This document shows, piece after piece, positions 1-8,821 of a stretch of 64,000 nucleotides of DNA. This DNA comes from an uncultured Chloroflexia bacterium (lineage in GTDB: Bacteria > Chloroflexota > Dormibacteria > Aeolococcales > Aeolococcaceae). The DNA lies in contig CAWDLK010000003.1 in NCBI GenBank assembly GCA_963803165.1, forward strand, positions 42,513 to 106,512. The letters are read 5' to 3'. The notes under the pieces are model-generated. The model was not told the DNA's origin, made no database searches, and was given only the letters and a program-made list of their open reading frames with translations. How positions within the stretch are numbered: position 1 is the first letter of the stretch; each line of letters starts with the position of its first letter. The position numbers and the translations under genes were made by a program.

Positions 1-803
1 CGGAGCACGTCCCCGCTCTCCAGCGCCGCGGAGAGGATCAGCCGCCCCTCCTCCACCCGAGCCCAGGCGCCCAACGGCAGCAGGCACCCCCCGCCCAGCT
101 CGGCGAGCACCGCGCGCTCGGCAGCCGCGGCGGCACGCGTCGGGGCGTCGTCCGCCCTCCGGCAGGCGGCCGCGGCGGGCACCAGCGCCGCCGTCTCGAG
201 GGCGATCGCCCCCTGGCAGGGCGCGGGGACGAAGATGCGCGGGTCGAGCCTCTCGGTGAGGCGATCGGCAGCACCGATCCGGTCGAGGCCGGCGCAGGCG
301 AGCAGGAGCCCGTCCAGCCCACCCTCGCCGAGGCGTCGCAGGCGGGTGTCGACGTTGCCGCGCACCGGCGTCGCGGAGAGGTCGGGGCGGAGGGCACGGA
401 GGAGGGCGGCGCGACGGGCGCTGCCGGTGCCGATGACGGCCCCTGCCGGGAGCTCCATGAGCCGCCGGCCGTCCCGGCTGATCAGCCCGTCCCGGGGATC
501 GGCGCGCTCCAGGAAGGCGGCCAGGGTCAGCCCGTCGCCCAGCCCGCTGGGCAGGTCCTTGGCGCTGTGGACCGCGACGTCGGCCCGCCCCTCCGCGATC
601 GCCACCTCCAGGGCCGCGCTGAACCAGCCCTCTCCCTGCAGGCCTCCGACCGGCGTCGAGGGCGCCTCGTCGCCCTGGGTCCGGACCACCACCGTCTCGC
701 CGACCTCGATGCCGCGGGAGCGCAGCCGCTCCGCCGCCAGCACCGCCTGGGCACGGGCCAGACGGCTGCCGCGCGTGGCCAGCCGGAGGGCCGCCGCGGT
801 CAC
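1..803 (-). CDS. hemC: porphobilinogen deaminase (hydroxymethylbilane synthase); partial, runs off window start; GTG start overlapping hemA stop (GTGA)
   Basis: Manual minus-strand translation from 803 downward: VTAAALRLATRGSRLARAQAVLAAERLRSRGIEVGETVVVRTQGDEA..., HemC-like N-terminus; the frame shows a C-terminal-domain-like tail near position 1-60 (...RVEEGRLILSAALESGDVL). Absent from ORF track because of GTG start. Confidence 0.7.
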   Translation of the reverse strand, partial: MTAAALRLATRGSRLARAQAVLAAERLRSRGIEVGETVVVRTQGDEAPSTPVGGLQGEGWFSAALEVAIAEGRADVAVHSAKDLPSGLGDGLTLAAFLERADPRDGLISRDGRRLMELPAGAVIGTGSARRAALLRALRPDLSATPVRGNVDTRLRRLGEGGLDGLLLACAGLDRIGAADRLTERLDPRIFVPAPCQGAIALETAALVPAAAACRRADDAPTRAAAAAERAVLAELGGGCLLPLGAWARVEEGRLILSAALESGDVL

Positions 804-2074
804 CGCTCGCCGGTGCCGGGGTCGTCCAGGCCGAAGGCCTCGCGGAGGCGAAGCACCATCCCGGGGTCCTCCGCCGCGCCGCGCAGATGGGTGACGGGAG
901 CGTGGAGCAGCTTGCGGACGAGGCTGCGGCTCAGCCGGTCGATCCGCTCCGCGACGTCGGCGTCGCCGGCGGGCAGGCGGGCCAGGGTCCGCTCCACCTC
1001 GCGGCGGCGGATGGCCTCCGCGCGCTCCAGGAGGGCCCGGATGGTGGGGGTGGAGGCATCGCGCTGGCTGAGCACCGCCAGGGTCCTCTCCACCTCCTCG
1101 CTGACCAGGGCGGTGGCGGCCGCGATCGCCTTGCCGTGCTCACCGAGGCCGCCCCCGATGCGGCGGCCCAGCTCGTCGATGTCGATCAGGGTGACCCCCG
1201 GCAGACCGGCGACGTCCGGGGCGATGTCCCGGGGCACGGCCATGTCGATGAGGCAGAGCGGACGTCCGCCCCGCGTCTCCTGAACGGCCGCGCAGAGCTC
1301 ACGGTCGATCACCGGCTCGGCGCTGGTGGTGGCGGTGACCACCAGGTCGCACCCGGCCATGGCCTCGGCGAGGCTCCCGGTGCCGACCATGGTCGCCCCG
1401 AGCTGGGCCGCGAGCGCGGCCGCCGAGGCCCCGCCCCGGGAGCTCACCTGGAGCCGCGCGCCCATCCGGCGCAGGCGGCGGGCGGCCAGGGCGCTCATCT
1501 TGCCGGCACCGACGATCAGCGCCGCACGGTCCTCCAGGCTGCCCAGGACCTGGCCGGCGATCGACATCGCCGCCTCGCTGAGGCTGCCGGCACCGCGACC
1601 GAGGGACGTCTGGGTGCGGACCAGCTTGGCGGAGCCGATGGCGCGCCGAAAGACGAAGTCGAGCTGCGCGTCGAGGCTTCCCGTCTCCAGGGCCAGGCGC
1701 AGCGCCGACTTGACCTGGCCGAGAACCTGGGTCTCGCCCACGACCATGGACTCGAGACCCGCGGCGACGCGGAAGAGGTGCGCCACCGCCTGCTCGCCGG
1801 GGAAGACGACCACATTGCCGGAGGGGGTGCCGCCCCCCGCGGGGTCGAGGTAGCGGCGCAGCCGCGAGACGACCTCCTCCTCGTCGGCCCCGTCGTGGAG
1901 GCTGACGTAGAGCTCGGTGCGGTTGCAGGTCGAGATGGCCGCGGCACCGCTCAGACCGCCGTGTCCGATCAGGAACCGGAGAAGGCGGCGGGCCTCAGGG
2001 TCGGGCAGCGCGGCCCGCTCCCGGACCTCGAGGGGGGCGGTGCGAAAGCTGATCCCGGCGGCGATCAGGCGCAT
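800..2074 (-). CDS. hemA: glutamyl-tRNA reductase
   Basis: 424 aa; N-terminus MRLIAAGISFRTAPLEVRE and catalytic TCNRTELY motif; NADPH-binding GAGKMS; hemA-hemC order typical. Confidence 0.92.
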   Translation of the reverse strand: MRLIAAGISFRTAPLEVRERAALPDPEARRLLRFLIGHGGLSGAAAISTCNRTELYVSLHDGADEEEVVSRLRRYLDPAGGGTPSGNVVVFPGEQAVAHLFRVAAGLESMVVGETQVLGQVKSALRLALETGSLDAQLDFVFRRAIGSAKLVRTQTSLGRGAGSLSEAAMSIAGQVLGSLEDRAALIVGAGKMSALAARRLRRMGARLQVSSRGGASAAALAAQLGATMVGTGSLAEAMAGCDLVVTATTSAEPVIDRELCAAVQETRGGRPLCLIDMAVPRDIAPDVAGLPGVTLIDIDELGRRIGGGLGEHGKAIAAATALVSEEVERTLAVLSQRDASTPTIRALLERAEAIRRREVERTLARLPAGDADVAERIDRLSRSLVRKLLHAPVTHLRGAAEDPGMVLRLREAFGLDDPGTGER

Positions 2075-2173
2075 TGAATCCGAGTATAGGTACGGCCCCG
2101 CGGCCGACCGTGGAATCGCCCCCGCGAGGGCGCCGGCTCACCGCCTCCCCCAGCGGACCTCTCAGCAGCTAGG

Positions 2174-3121
2174 ATGGCCGCAAACCTGCTCATGTCCCTC
2201 TCCACACCAATGCCGGCGCCGCCGTCGCCTGAGTCTTCCAAGGGGGGACCCGAGCCGCCTGACTCGGCGCAGCCGGCTGCGTCCGGAACCGGGCGCCGCC
2301 ACTACGGGCGCCGCCGCGGAGCGGTGCCGGTCGGCGACAGCTTCGTCCCCCGGCTGGGCCCGGCGGGCTCCGAGCCCTTCGCCGCCATCGACGACCCCGA
2401 CGACGAGCCGCCGCGCGGGCGCCCGGGTCCGGAGACGCCGATCGACGAACTGCGCTTCGTGGCCGTCGACTGCGAGACCACCGGCCAGACGCCCCACCGC
2501 CTGGTCGAGCTGGGAGCCGTCGCCTTCACCCTCGAGCGGCACATCATCTCCCTGGAGACGCTGGTCCACAGCAACGACCACATCAACCCGTTCGCCCGGC
2601 GCATCCACGGCATCTCCAGCGAGACGCTGGGCGGCGCCCCCCCGGTGCGGCCGGTCCTGGAGCGCTTCCGCCGCTTCTGCCGGGGGGCGGTCCTGGTCGA
2701 GCACAGCGCCGACGCCTTCGACAGCCGGCTGATCGCCACCACCCTCGGCGAGAGCCTCGACGCCGACAACCTCGACACCTCGCGCCTCGCCGCCCGGCTC
2801 TTCGACCTCCACGACACCATCGGCCTGGAGCGGCTCTGCCAGGAGCTGGCGGTCCCGCACCGGCGCCCCCACCACGCCCTCGCCGACGCCGAGGCGACCA
2901 TGGGCTGCTTCCTCGAGCTGGTCCGCCGCGGGCGCGAGCCCTACGGATGGCGGACCCTCGGCGACCTGCTCGCCGACGGCCAGCCCCCTCCCCCGCGGTG
3001 GGTCGACGCCGAGGGCGGCGGCTCCACGGGCAGGGACGACGCGTCGCGTCGCCGCCGCGGCGGCCGGCGGCGCCGGCGGGCTGCCGGCGGCGGCGACACC
3101 CCGGACACGGGCGCGGCGTAG
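2174..3121 (+). CDS. DnaQ-like 3'-5' exonuclease (DEDDh family, DNA pol III epsilon-like domain) with low-complexity N- and C-terminal tails; start uncertain
   Basis: Exo I motif FVAVDCETTG, Exo III motif HRALADAEAT; Arg-rich C-terminal tail. Confidence 0.75.
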   Translation: MAANLLMSLSTPMPAPPSPESSKGGPEPPDSAQPAASGTGRRHYGRRRGAVPVGDSFVPRLGPAGSEPFAAIDDPDDEPPRGRPGPETPIDELRFVAVDCETTGQTPHRLVELGAVAFTLERHIISLETLVHSNDHINPFARRIHGISSETLGGAPPVRPVLERFRRFCRGAVLVEHSADAFDSRLIATTLGESLDADNLDTSRLAARLFDLHDTIGLERLCQELAVPHRRPHHALADAEATMGCFLELVRRGREPYGWRTLGDLLADGQPPPPRWVDAEGGGSTGRDDASRRRRGGRRRRRAAGGGDTPDTGAA

Positions 3122-3139
3122 CCGCCCGGGCCCGCGGGC

Positions 3140-4126
3140 TCAGAGGGCGAGGTCGGCGAACACCGGGAAGTGGTCCGAGGCGCTCGCGACCTCGTGCGCC
3201 GCCCTGCCGCGCCCCACCAGGACGTCGCAGCCGCGGACCATGGGGAGCGCCTCGGGACTGGCGAAGACGTAGTCGATGCGCGCCGCCGGCATCCAGGTGG
3301 CACAGGTGTAGCCGTGGGCGCGGGGGTGGAGATGGCGGTAGCAGTCGACGTATCCGGCGTCGAGCAGGCGGGGCACGGTCCAGCGCTCGATCGCCCGGCC
3401 CAGCAGGCGATCGACGCCCCGGTGCTCGGGAACCAGCGCGGTGAGCGGCCCGGTCAGCCAGGGCAGCGAGGGCACGCCGGCCTTGAGCGCCGGGTCGATG
3501 CCGTGCGCCAGCCACTCCGCGTCGTCGCCCGATTCCGGCCACATCCAGCCGTCGGTCTGGCGCACCAGCAGCCGGGCCTGGCGGAGCTCGTTCATCCGCC
3601 GGAAGAACCGGGTCGCCTCGACGTGCTCGCCGGGAGAGAGGGAGTTGAAGTCGCCGAGGACGAGGTGGGGCATGGAGGGCTCCGCCCCGATGTCGGAGAG
3701 GATGAACTCCAGCTCACGGAGCCGGCGCGCCTCGCCCTTGGCACGCTCGCCGAACCGGGCGGCGAGGTGGACGACGTGGAAGCGGAGGGGGTCGCGCCCC
3801 GGCGGGCGCACGATGACCTCCAGATGGCTGCGCAGCATCCCCGGGTGGCGGTGGTTGCGATGGGCGGCGATGGGCAGCCGGGTGAGCAGCGCGAGCCCCA
3901 GGGGCCCCTCGTCGCTCGGTGCCCCGTACACCGCGGTCATGCCGAGCTGATCGGCCAGCCGCGCCAGCAGCGCGCCGTCGCGCACCTCCTCGAGGGCGAC
4001 GAGATCGGCTCCGCTCCGCTCCAGGACGCCGGCGATCCGCTCCTCGCGGCGCTCCCCGCCGAGCAGGATGTTGTAGGCGAGGACGCGGATCCCGGACCTC
4101 TCCCCGGGCTCCGCCTCAGCCGGCAT
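3140..4126 (-). CDS. endonuclease/exonuclease/phosphatase (EEP) family protein
   Basis: 328 aa; C-terminal SDHFPV motif typical of EEP fold; IRVLAYNIL N-terminal motif. Confidence 0.85.
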   Translation of the reverse strand: MPAEAEPGERSGIRVLAYNILLGGERREERIAGVLERSGADLVALEEVRDGALLARLADQLGMTAVYGAPSDEGPLGLALLTRLPIAAHRNHRHPGMLRSHLEVIVRPPGRDPLRFHVVHLAARFGERAKGEARRLRELEFILSDIGAEPSMPHLVLGDFNSLSPGEHVEATRFFRRMNELRQARLLVRQTDGWMWPESGDDAEWLAHGIDPALKAGVPSLPWLTGPLTALVPEHRGVDRLLGRAIERWTVPRLLDAGYVDCYRHLHPRAHGYTCATWMPAARIDYVFASPEALPMVRGCDVLVGRGRAAHEVASASDHFPVFADLAL

Positions 4127-4197
4127 CGGTCTCGCCCTCCCAGCGGCGAAGCGGACGGCCGAGGTTCGCCGGCCCCGGGCGGCGAATACAATCGCGA

Positions 4198-4845
4198 CCG
4201 ATGCCGGACACGGACGGCGCCAGAGCTTGCCGCCGCCTCGGCGCGCCGGCCGAGCTCCTCCTCCTCGACCCGTCGCCGAGCGCCGTCCGCCTCGCCACCG
4301 CGGTGCTGGGGGTCGCGCTGGCCGCCGGTTGGGGGTTCGCCGCCCTGGCCCTCCACGAGCATGAGCTGGGCGTCCTGGAGGCGGGAGACGTGCTCAACCC
4401 GCTGGGCCAGCTCTTCGCCGACGGCTCCTCGGCGGTCACCGCCTGGCCAGGTTGGGTGGCCGCGGCCGTCGTCGGCCTCAGCGCGGCCCGGCTCCGGGGG
4501 GCGCCGATGGAGCCGCCCACCGGCCGCCGCAGCGCCCGGGAGCTGAACACCGAGGAGCTGCGCGCGGGGCTGCGCCGGGAGTACCTGGGCGTCCGATTGA
4601 CCCTGGTGGCGATGACCCTGCTGACGCTCGCCGACCTCTCCCGGCTGGCCGTCAGCGGAGTCGCCGCGCTGCTCGCCGTGAACGGGGCCGGCGACGGGCT
4701 GGGCTGGAACGGGGTGGAGGTCGCGGGCCTCATCGCCGCGACCGCCGCCCTCACCATCTGGGTGCTCAGCTTCCGCGAACAGCTGGACCGCGTGGGTGCG
4801 CTGGCCGCCCCCACCAGCGGGGGATCGCCGGTGCCCGGCGGCTGA
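4198..4845 (+). CDS. hypothetical membrane protein (start inferred downstream of overlapping minus-strand gene)
   Basis: C-terminal two-thirds of ORF 3919..4845 is hydrophobic/TM-like (AVRLATAVLGVALAAGWGFAALAL..., LTLVAMTLLTLADL...); the first ~90 codons overlap the EEP gene and are RP-rich, so the start is placed at the internal Met (MPDTDG). Confidence 0.4.
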   Translation, partial: PMPDTDGARACRRLGAPAELLLLDPSPSAVRLATAVLGVALAAGWGFAALALHEHELGVLEAGDVLNPLGQLFADGSSAVTAWPGWVAAAVVGLSAARLRGAPMEPPTGRRSARELNTEELRAGLRREYLGVRLTLVAMTLLTLADLSRLAVSGVAALLAVNGAGDGLGWNGVEVAGLIAATAALTIWVLSFREQLDRVGALAAPTSGGSPVPGG

Positions 4846-4905
4846 CCCCGGATGCCGTGGCGGGCGGAGCGCAGCGCCCCTCCCGCCGGCCTGGCGCCGT
4901 CCAGG

Positions 4906-5961
4906 TCAGATGCGCCGGCCGACGACGTAGTCGCAGGCCGCCTCCAGCGTGAGGCGGGCCGGGGAGGGCGGGAACGCCGCCAGCTCGGCGCGCGCCTCGC
5001 GGGCAAACTCCTGGGCCGCGCTCTCGGTCGCCGCCACCGCGCCGCTGCGCCGGACCAGCTCGACGACCAGCTCGTAGTCGAGTTCGCCGTGGGGCTGGTG
5101 CCCCACCGCGCGGGCCAGCTCGGGACCCACCTCCGGGTCCTGGAGCGCGAGCATGAAGGGAAGCGTCACGGTCCCCTGCCGGAGGTCCGCCCCCACCGGC
5201 TTGCCCAGCTCCGCCTCGGTGGCGACGTAGTCGAGGAGGTCGTCGGCGATCTGGAAGGCCATCCCCAGCCGGTGGCCGTAGCGCTGCAGCGCCGCCCGCT
5301 GCGGCGGCTCGAGGCCGCCCACCACCGCGCCGCAGAAGCAGCAGGTGGCGACCAGGGTCGCCGTCTTGCGGGCGATCTTGCGGTGGTAGTCCTCCAGCGA
5401 CTGGTGATAGTCGTCCTTGCTGGTCATCTGGAGGAGCTCGCCCATGCAGATGGTCATCACCGTGTTGCTGATGGCGGAGTCGATGAGCGGCTCGCCGATG
5501 CCGGCGGTGAGGTTCGCGCCCTTGGCGAAGTAGTAGTCGCCGATGATGATCGCCGGGGCCGGACCCATCGTCTCGTGGAGCGTGGTCATGCCCCGCCGCG
5601 TGGGCGAGCGGTCGATGAGGTCGTCGTGCACCAGGGTGGCGGTGTGGATGAACTCGATGCCCATCGCCAGGTCGTAGACGTGGTCCATCTGGGGGTGGCC
5701 GAGCCGCGAGGTGAGGATGACCAGCGCGGGGCGGATGCGCTTGCCCCCGGCGCGCACGATGTGACGCATCGCCTCGGCCATCGGTCCCAGGTCGGCGGCG
5801 ACCGCCGCCTCGAGACGGCCCTCGAACTCGGCCAGCTCCGCCAGGATCGGCTCGAAGAGCGCCTGCGTCTCGCTCGTCACGGGAGCCGCGGCGTCCGTCT
5901 TCGGGGGCCACCTCCGGGTGGGCTCCTCCATCGCCTGACGGAGAGCTCCGCTCGCGTCCAT
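4906..5961 (-). CDS. polyprenyl diphosphate synthase (trans-isoprenyl diphosphate synthase family)
   Basis: FARM LVHDDLIDRSPTRRG and SARM FQIADDLLD motifs; the track ORF (446 aa) has an RS/RP-rich N-terminal extension that overlaps murD; start placed at the internal Met (MDASGALRQA), giving ~351 aa, typical for the family. Confidence 0.85.
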   Translation of the reverse strand: MDASGALRQAMEEPTRRWPPKTDAAAPVTSETQALFEPILAELAEFEGRLEAAVAADLGPMAEAMRHIVRAGGKRIRPALVILTSRLGHPQMDHVYDLAMGIEFIHTATLVHDDLIDRSPTRRGMTTLHETMGPAPAIIIGDYYFAKGANLTAGIGEPLIDSAISNTVMTICMGELLQMTSKDDYHQSLEDYHRKIARKTATLVATCCFCGAVVGGLEPPQRAALQRYGHRLGMAFQIADDLLDYVATEAELGKPVGADLRQGTVTLPFMLALQDPEVGPELARAVGHQPHGELDYELVVELVRRSGAVAATESAAQEFAREARAELAAFPPSPARLTLEAACDYVVGRRI

Positions 5962-6052
5962 CTGTGAACGGAGGATATCAGCCGAGCCGGGCACGACCCG
6001 CCCCGGAGCGGGGCCGGCAGCACCTCGCCGGCCGCCCGCGGGCCGGCTCGCC

Positions 6053-7438
6053 TCACCCCGGGGTGGACGCCTTCGCCGCACCGCCGCCCCCCTTGACCCT
6101 GAGCTCGGCGACCAGCGCCCGGAAGGCGTCCCCCCGCTCCTCGAAGTCCCGGAAGGCGCCGTAGCTGGGGGCCGCCGGGGAGAGCAGCACCACCGAGCCC
6201 GGGACACTCCGCTCGACGGCGAGCTGGACGGCCTCGGCGAGGTCATGGGCGCCGGCCAGCGGCGGCGCCCCGGGGGCTCCGCGGAGGTCGCCGGCCAGCC
6301 GCTCGCCGCTCGGAGGCAGCGTCACCACCGCCAGCACGCCGGGTCGCGCACAGAGGCGGCGCACCAGGGGGGCGTGGTCCTGACCGCGATCGAATCCTCC
6401 CGCGATGAGGACCACCGGCCGCTCCTCCAGGGCGTCGAGGGCGGCCACCGCCGCCTCCGGGATGGTCGCGATGCTGTCGTTGACGAAGCCCACCCGGTCG
6501 ACCTCGCCGACCGGTTCGAGGCGGTGACGCAGCGGCTGGAAGTCGCAGAGCGCCGCCACCCGCGACCTCGCGTCGACGCCGGCCTCCTCCACGGCGGCGA
6601 GGGCGGCGCAGGCGTTGAGCAGGTTGTGCCGGCCCCGGAGCTGGAGCCCGGCGCCATCCAGCAGCCGCTCCTCGCCCCGGACGATCCAGCCGCCGTCCAG
6701 GTGGTATCCGGCGGGGTCCCCGAACCAGACGTGGCGGCCGGGCAGCGACGCCGCACGGCGGCGGGTCCCCTCGTCCTCGCGATTGAGGACGCAGGTCCCA
6801 TCCGGGCGATGGCCGAAGAGGTTGAGCTTGTCGGCGACGTACCGCTCCTCGCTGCCGTGCCAGTCCAGATGCTCCCGGTAGAGGTTGAGGAGGACGCCGA
6901 TGCGCGGCGACCGCTCCAGGTCGCTGGTCTGATGGCTGGAGAGCTCGAGCACCCAGAGGTCGGGCGCGGGGTCGGGCGCGAGCCAGCGCAGCAGGGGAAC
7001 GCCGATGTTGCCGGCCAGCACGGTCCGCAGCCCGGCCGCCCGCGCCAGGTGGTCGACCAGCGAGCTGGTGGTGCTCTTGCCCTTGGAGCCGGTGACCGCG
7101 ATCACCCGATCGTCGGCGTGCTCGGCGAACCAGAGGTTGGTCGCCGTGGTCACCCGGGTCGCGGCGGCCACCCGCCGAGCGTCGTCGCGATAGCGGCTGA
7201 TCCCGGGCGAGCGGATGACCACGTCGCATGCCGAGAGGCGGTCCACGCCGGCGGGGCCGTGCAGCCATTGCCGCGCGGGCGCGGCCTCCCGCTCCGTCTC
7301 GGAGGGGGCCGCGTCGGTCACGATCAGGACCTCCCCGGGAGGGACGGGCAGCGCCTCCAGCGCCTCCAGCGAGGCCCGGCCCTCGCGCCCGAACCCCCAG
7401 AGGCCGGCCCGCCGCCCGCCGAGCTCAGCCAAGCGCAT
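6053..7438 (-). CDS. murD: UDP-N-acetylmuramoylalanine--glutamate ligase (MurD-type Mur ligase); located outside any dcw cluster and overlapping murL-like gene, so probably the L-Glu-adding MurD2 type
   Basis: 461 aa; P-loop VIAVTGSKGKSTT, Mur ligase middle/C domains, C-terminal SPAAPSYGAFRDFEERGDAF as in MurD; 14-nt overlap with upstream PP-loop gene. Confidence 0.85.
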   Translation of the reverse strand: MRLAELGGRRAGLWGFGREGRASLEALEALPVPPGEVLIVTDAAPSETEREAAPARQWLHGPAGVDRLSACDVVIRSPGISRYRDDARRVAAATRVTTATNLWFAEHADDRVIAVTGSKGKSTTSSLVDHLARAAGLRTVLAGNIGVPLLRWLAPDPAPDLWVLELSSHQTSDLERSPRIGVLLNLYREHLDWHGSEERYVADKLNLFGHRPDGTCVLNREDEGTRRRAASLPGRHVWFGDPAGYHLDGGWIVRGEERLLDGAGLQLRGRHNLLNACAALAAVEEAGVDARSRVAALCDFQPLRHRLEPVGEVDRVGFVNDSIATIPEAAVAALDALEERPVVLIAGGFDRGQDHAPLVRRLCARPGVLAVVTLPPSGERLAGDLRGAPGAPPLAGAHDLAEAVQLAVERSVPGSVVLLSPAAPSYGAFRDFEERGDAFRALVAELRVKGGGGAAKASTPG

Positions 7439-8798
7439 CGGCGAAGCCTCGGTAGGCCGCCGGGAGCGCGTGCACCGCGGAGGGGTGGAAGACCGCCTGG
7501 ACGGCGCCGGCCGTCAGCGAGGCGACCCGCGGCTCCGCGCCCAGCGCCCTCACCACCGCCGCGTCGCGCCAGCTCTCCGCGGCCGCCAGCAGGTGCATGG
7601 CCACCCTCGCCTCCTCCACCTCGCCCACGCACTCCAGCGGCTTGTCGGCATCCAGCCCGAGCAGGGCGGCGAAGCCACCCAGCTGGCCCGCGTCATCGAG
7701 CGGGTCGACGCCCATGATCGAGACAATGCTGTCCCTATCCAGGAAGGGAGCCAGCGCCAGCGCCACGAACCGGCACTTGGGGCAGTCGCCGCACCAGCTG
7801 GGGGTGCGCCGGTCGCGGTCGAGCAGGTAAGCCCGGTTGCAGCTGACGAAGGCCCGGTGGTACGCGGGGAGGGCGGCGAAGCGCCGGGCGATGGCCAGCT
7901 CCGACCACGGCCGCAGCAGGGAGAAGTAGACGAGGTCCGCCGCCACCCGCTCGGTGACCACGGCGGCGAAGCGCCGCTCGAAGTCCCAGCTCTTGCTGTA
8001 TTGGTGGTTGACCTCGACGCCGTCCCAGACCAGGCTGGGAGCGGACGCCGAGCGCTCGTCGGCCATCACGACCTCGTCCGCACCGTGGACCAGAGCGGCG
8101 ATCACCGCCAGGCAGGAGGTGATCGCGGTCACCGGGACGTGGCCGTTGTAGGCGCCGCCCCGGTTGAGCTCGAGCAGCGCGGGGTCGAGGGTGCGGGTGA
8201 CGGTCACGTGGGGGAGCCCGGCGACGGCGGCGGTGCGCTGCACCGCGGACGCCGACCCGACGCTGAAGAGCAGCGGCTCGGGCCCGGCGGCGCGCACCGC
8301 CTCCAGGACCACGATCGAGTCCTTGCCGCCGCCGACCGGCACCAGCGGCCGGTCGGGGAGGCCGGCCCGGCCCGCCGCGGCGGACGCCCCGCCGGCGGAG
8401 GGGAAGGTGGGGATGGCGCGCCCGCGCAGGCCGTTGACGAAGCGGCACTCGGCGAGGCCGGCCGTGTAGAGGTGGCGCAGGAACGCGGCCAGCTCGGCGC
8501 CGGGAAGCTCGCCCTCGATGGAGATCTCCGGGGCGAAGCAGGCCTTGTAGTAGCTGACCCCGGCCACCAGGTGGAGGAGCCGGATGGCACGCTCCAGCGC
8601 CGACATCCGCTCCGGGCTCAGCCCGGTGACCGGCGTCCCCAGCTCGACCAGCTCGTGGAGCTCCTCGGCGTCGAGGCCGTAGCCGAGGTCGATCCGACCG
8701 GTCTCCGCCACCAGCCGGCAGTCGAGGAAGCGGAACCGGCGGACGGTGTCGGGAGCGAATGCGGGGGCCGGCACCGGCGGCCGCTCGGGAACGGGCAC
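7425..8798 (-). CDS. murL: PP-loop ATP pyrophosphatase-like protein with C-terminal Cys cluster; candidate UDP-MurNAc-L-Ala-L-Glu epimerase (MurL-like)
   Basis: 457 aa; PP-loop PVGGGKDS (SGGxDS type); C-terminal CNRAY...SWCGDCPKCRF four-Cys cluster; directly upstream of and overlapping a MurD-type ligase, the arrangement reported for murD2-murL. Confidence 0.65.
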   Translation of the reverse strand: MPVPERPPVPAPAFAPDTVRRFRFLDCRLVAETGRIDLGYGLDAEELHELVELGTPVTGLSPERMSALERAIRLLHLVAGVSYYKACFAPEISIEGELPGAELAAFLRHLYTAGLAECRFVNGLRGRAIPTFPSAGGASAAAGRAGLPDRPLVPVGGGKDSIVVLEAVRAAGPEPLLFSVGSASAVQRTAAVAGLPHVTVTRTLDPALLELNRGGAYNGHVPVTAITSCLAVIAALVHGADEVVMADERSASAPSLVWDGVEVNHQYSKSWDFERRFAAVVTERVAADLVYFSLLRPWSELAIARRFAALPAYHRAFVSCNRAYLLDRDRRTPSWCGDCPKCRFVALALAPFLDRDSIVSIMGVDPLDDAGQLGGFAALLGLDADKPLECVGEVEEARVAMHLLAAAESWRDAAVVRALGAEPRVASLTAGAVQAVFHPSAVHALPAAYRGFADALG

Positions 8799-8821
8799 CG
8801 GCCCAGTATGCGAGCGCGAGA

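Noticed and set aside
38-397. 119-aa minus-strand ORF proposed in track at window start
   Set aside because: It is in a different frame from the GTG-initiated hemC reading frame, which gives a HemC-like translation. It is low-complexity.
235-2077. Long plus-strand ORFs (235..894, 567..1283, 887..2077, 1326..1853) overlapping hemC/hemA
   Set aside because: Translations are Arg/Pro/Gly/Ala-rich with no motifs. They are antisense or alternative frames of well-supported hemA/hemC, typical high-GC artefacts.
2583-4546. ORFs 2583..3542(-), 2947..3444(+), 3170..4546(+), 3937..4362(-), 4116..5006(-), 4766..5911(-), 4852..5967(+)
   Set aside because: Shadow frames of the exonuclease, EEP, membrane-protein and polyprenyl synthase genes. 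Arg/Gly/Pro-rich, no domains.
5962-6246. N-terminal 95-codon extension of the polyprenyl synthase ORF
   Set aside because: Ser/Arg/Pro-rich and non-globular. It overlaps the 3' end of the murD-type gene. An internal Met gives the family-typical length.
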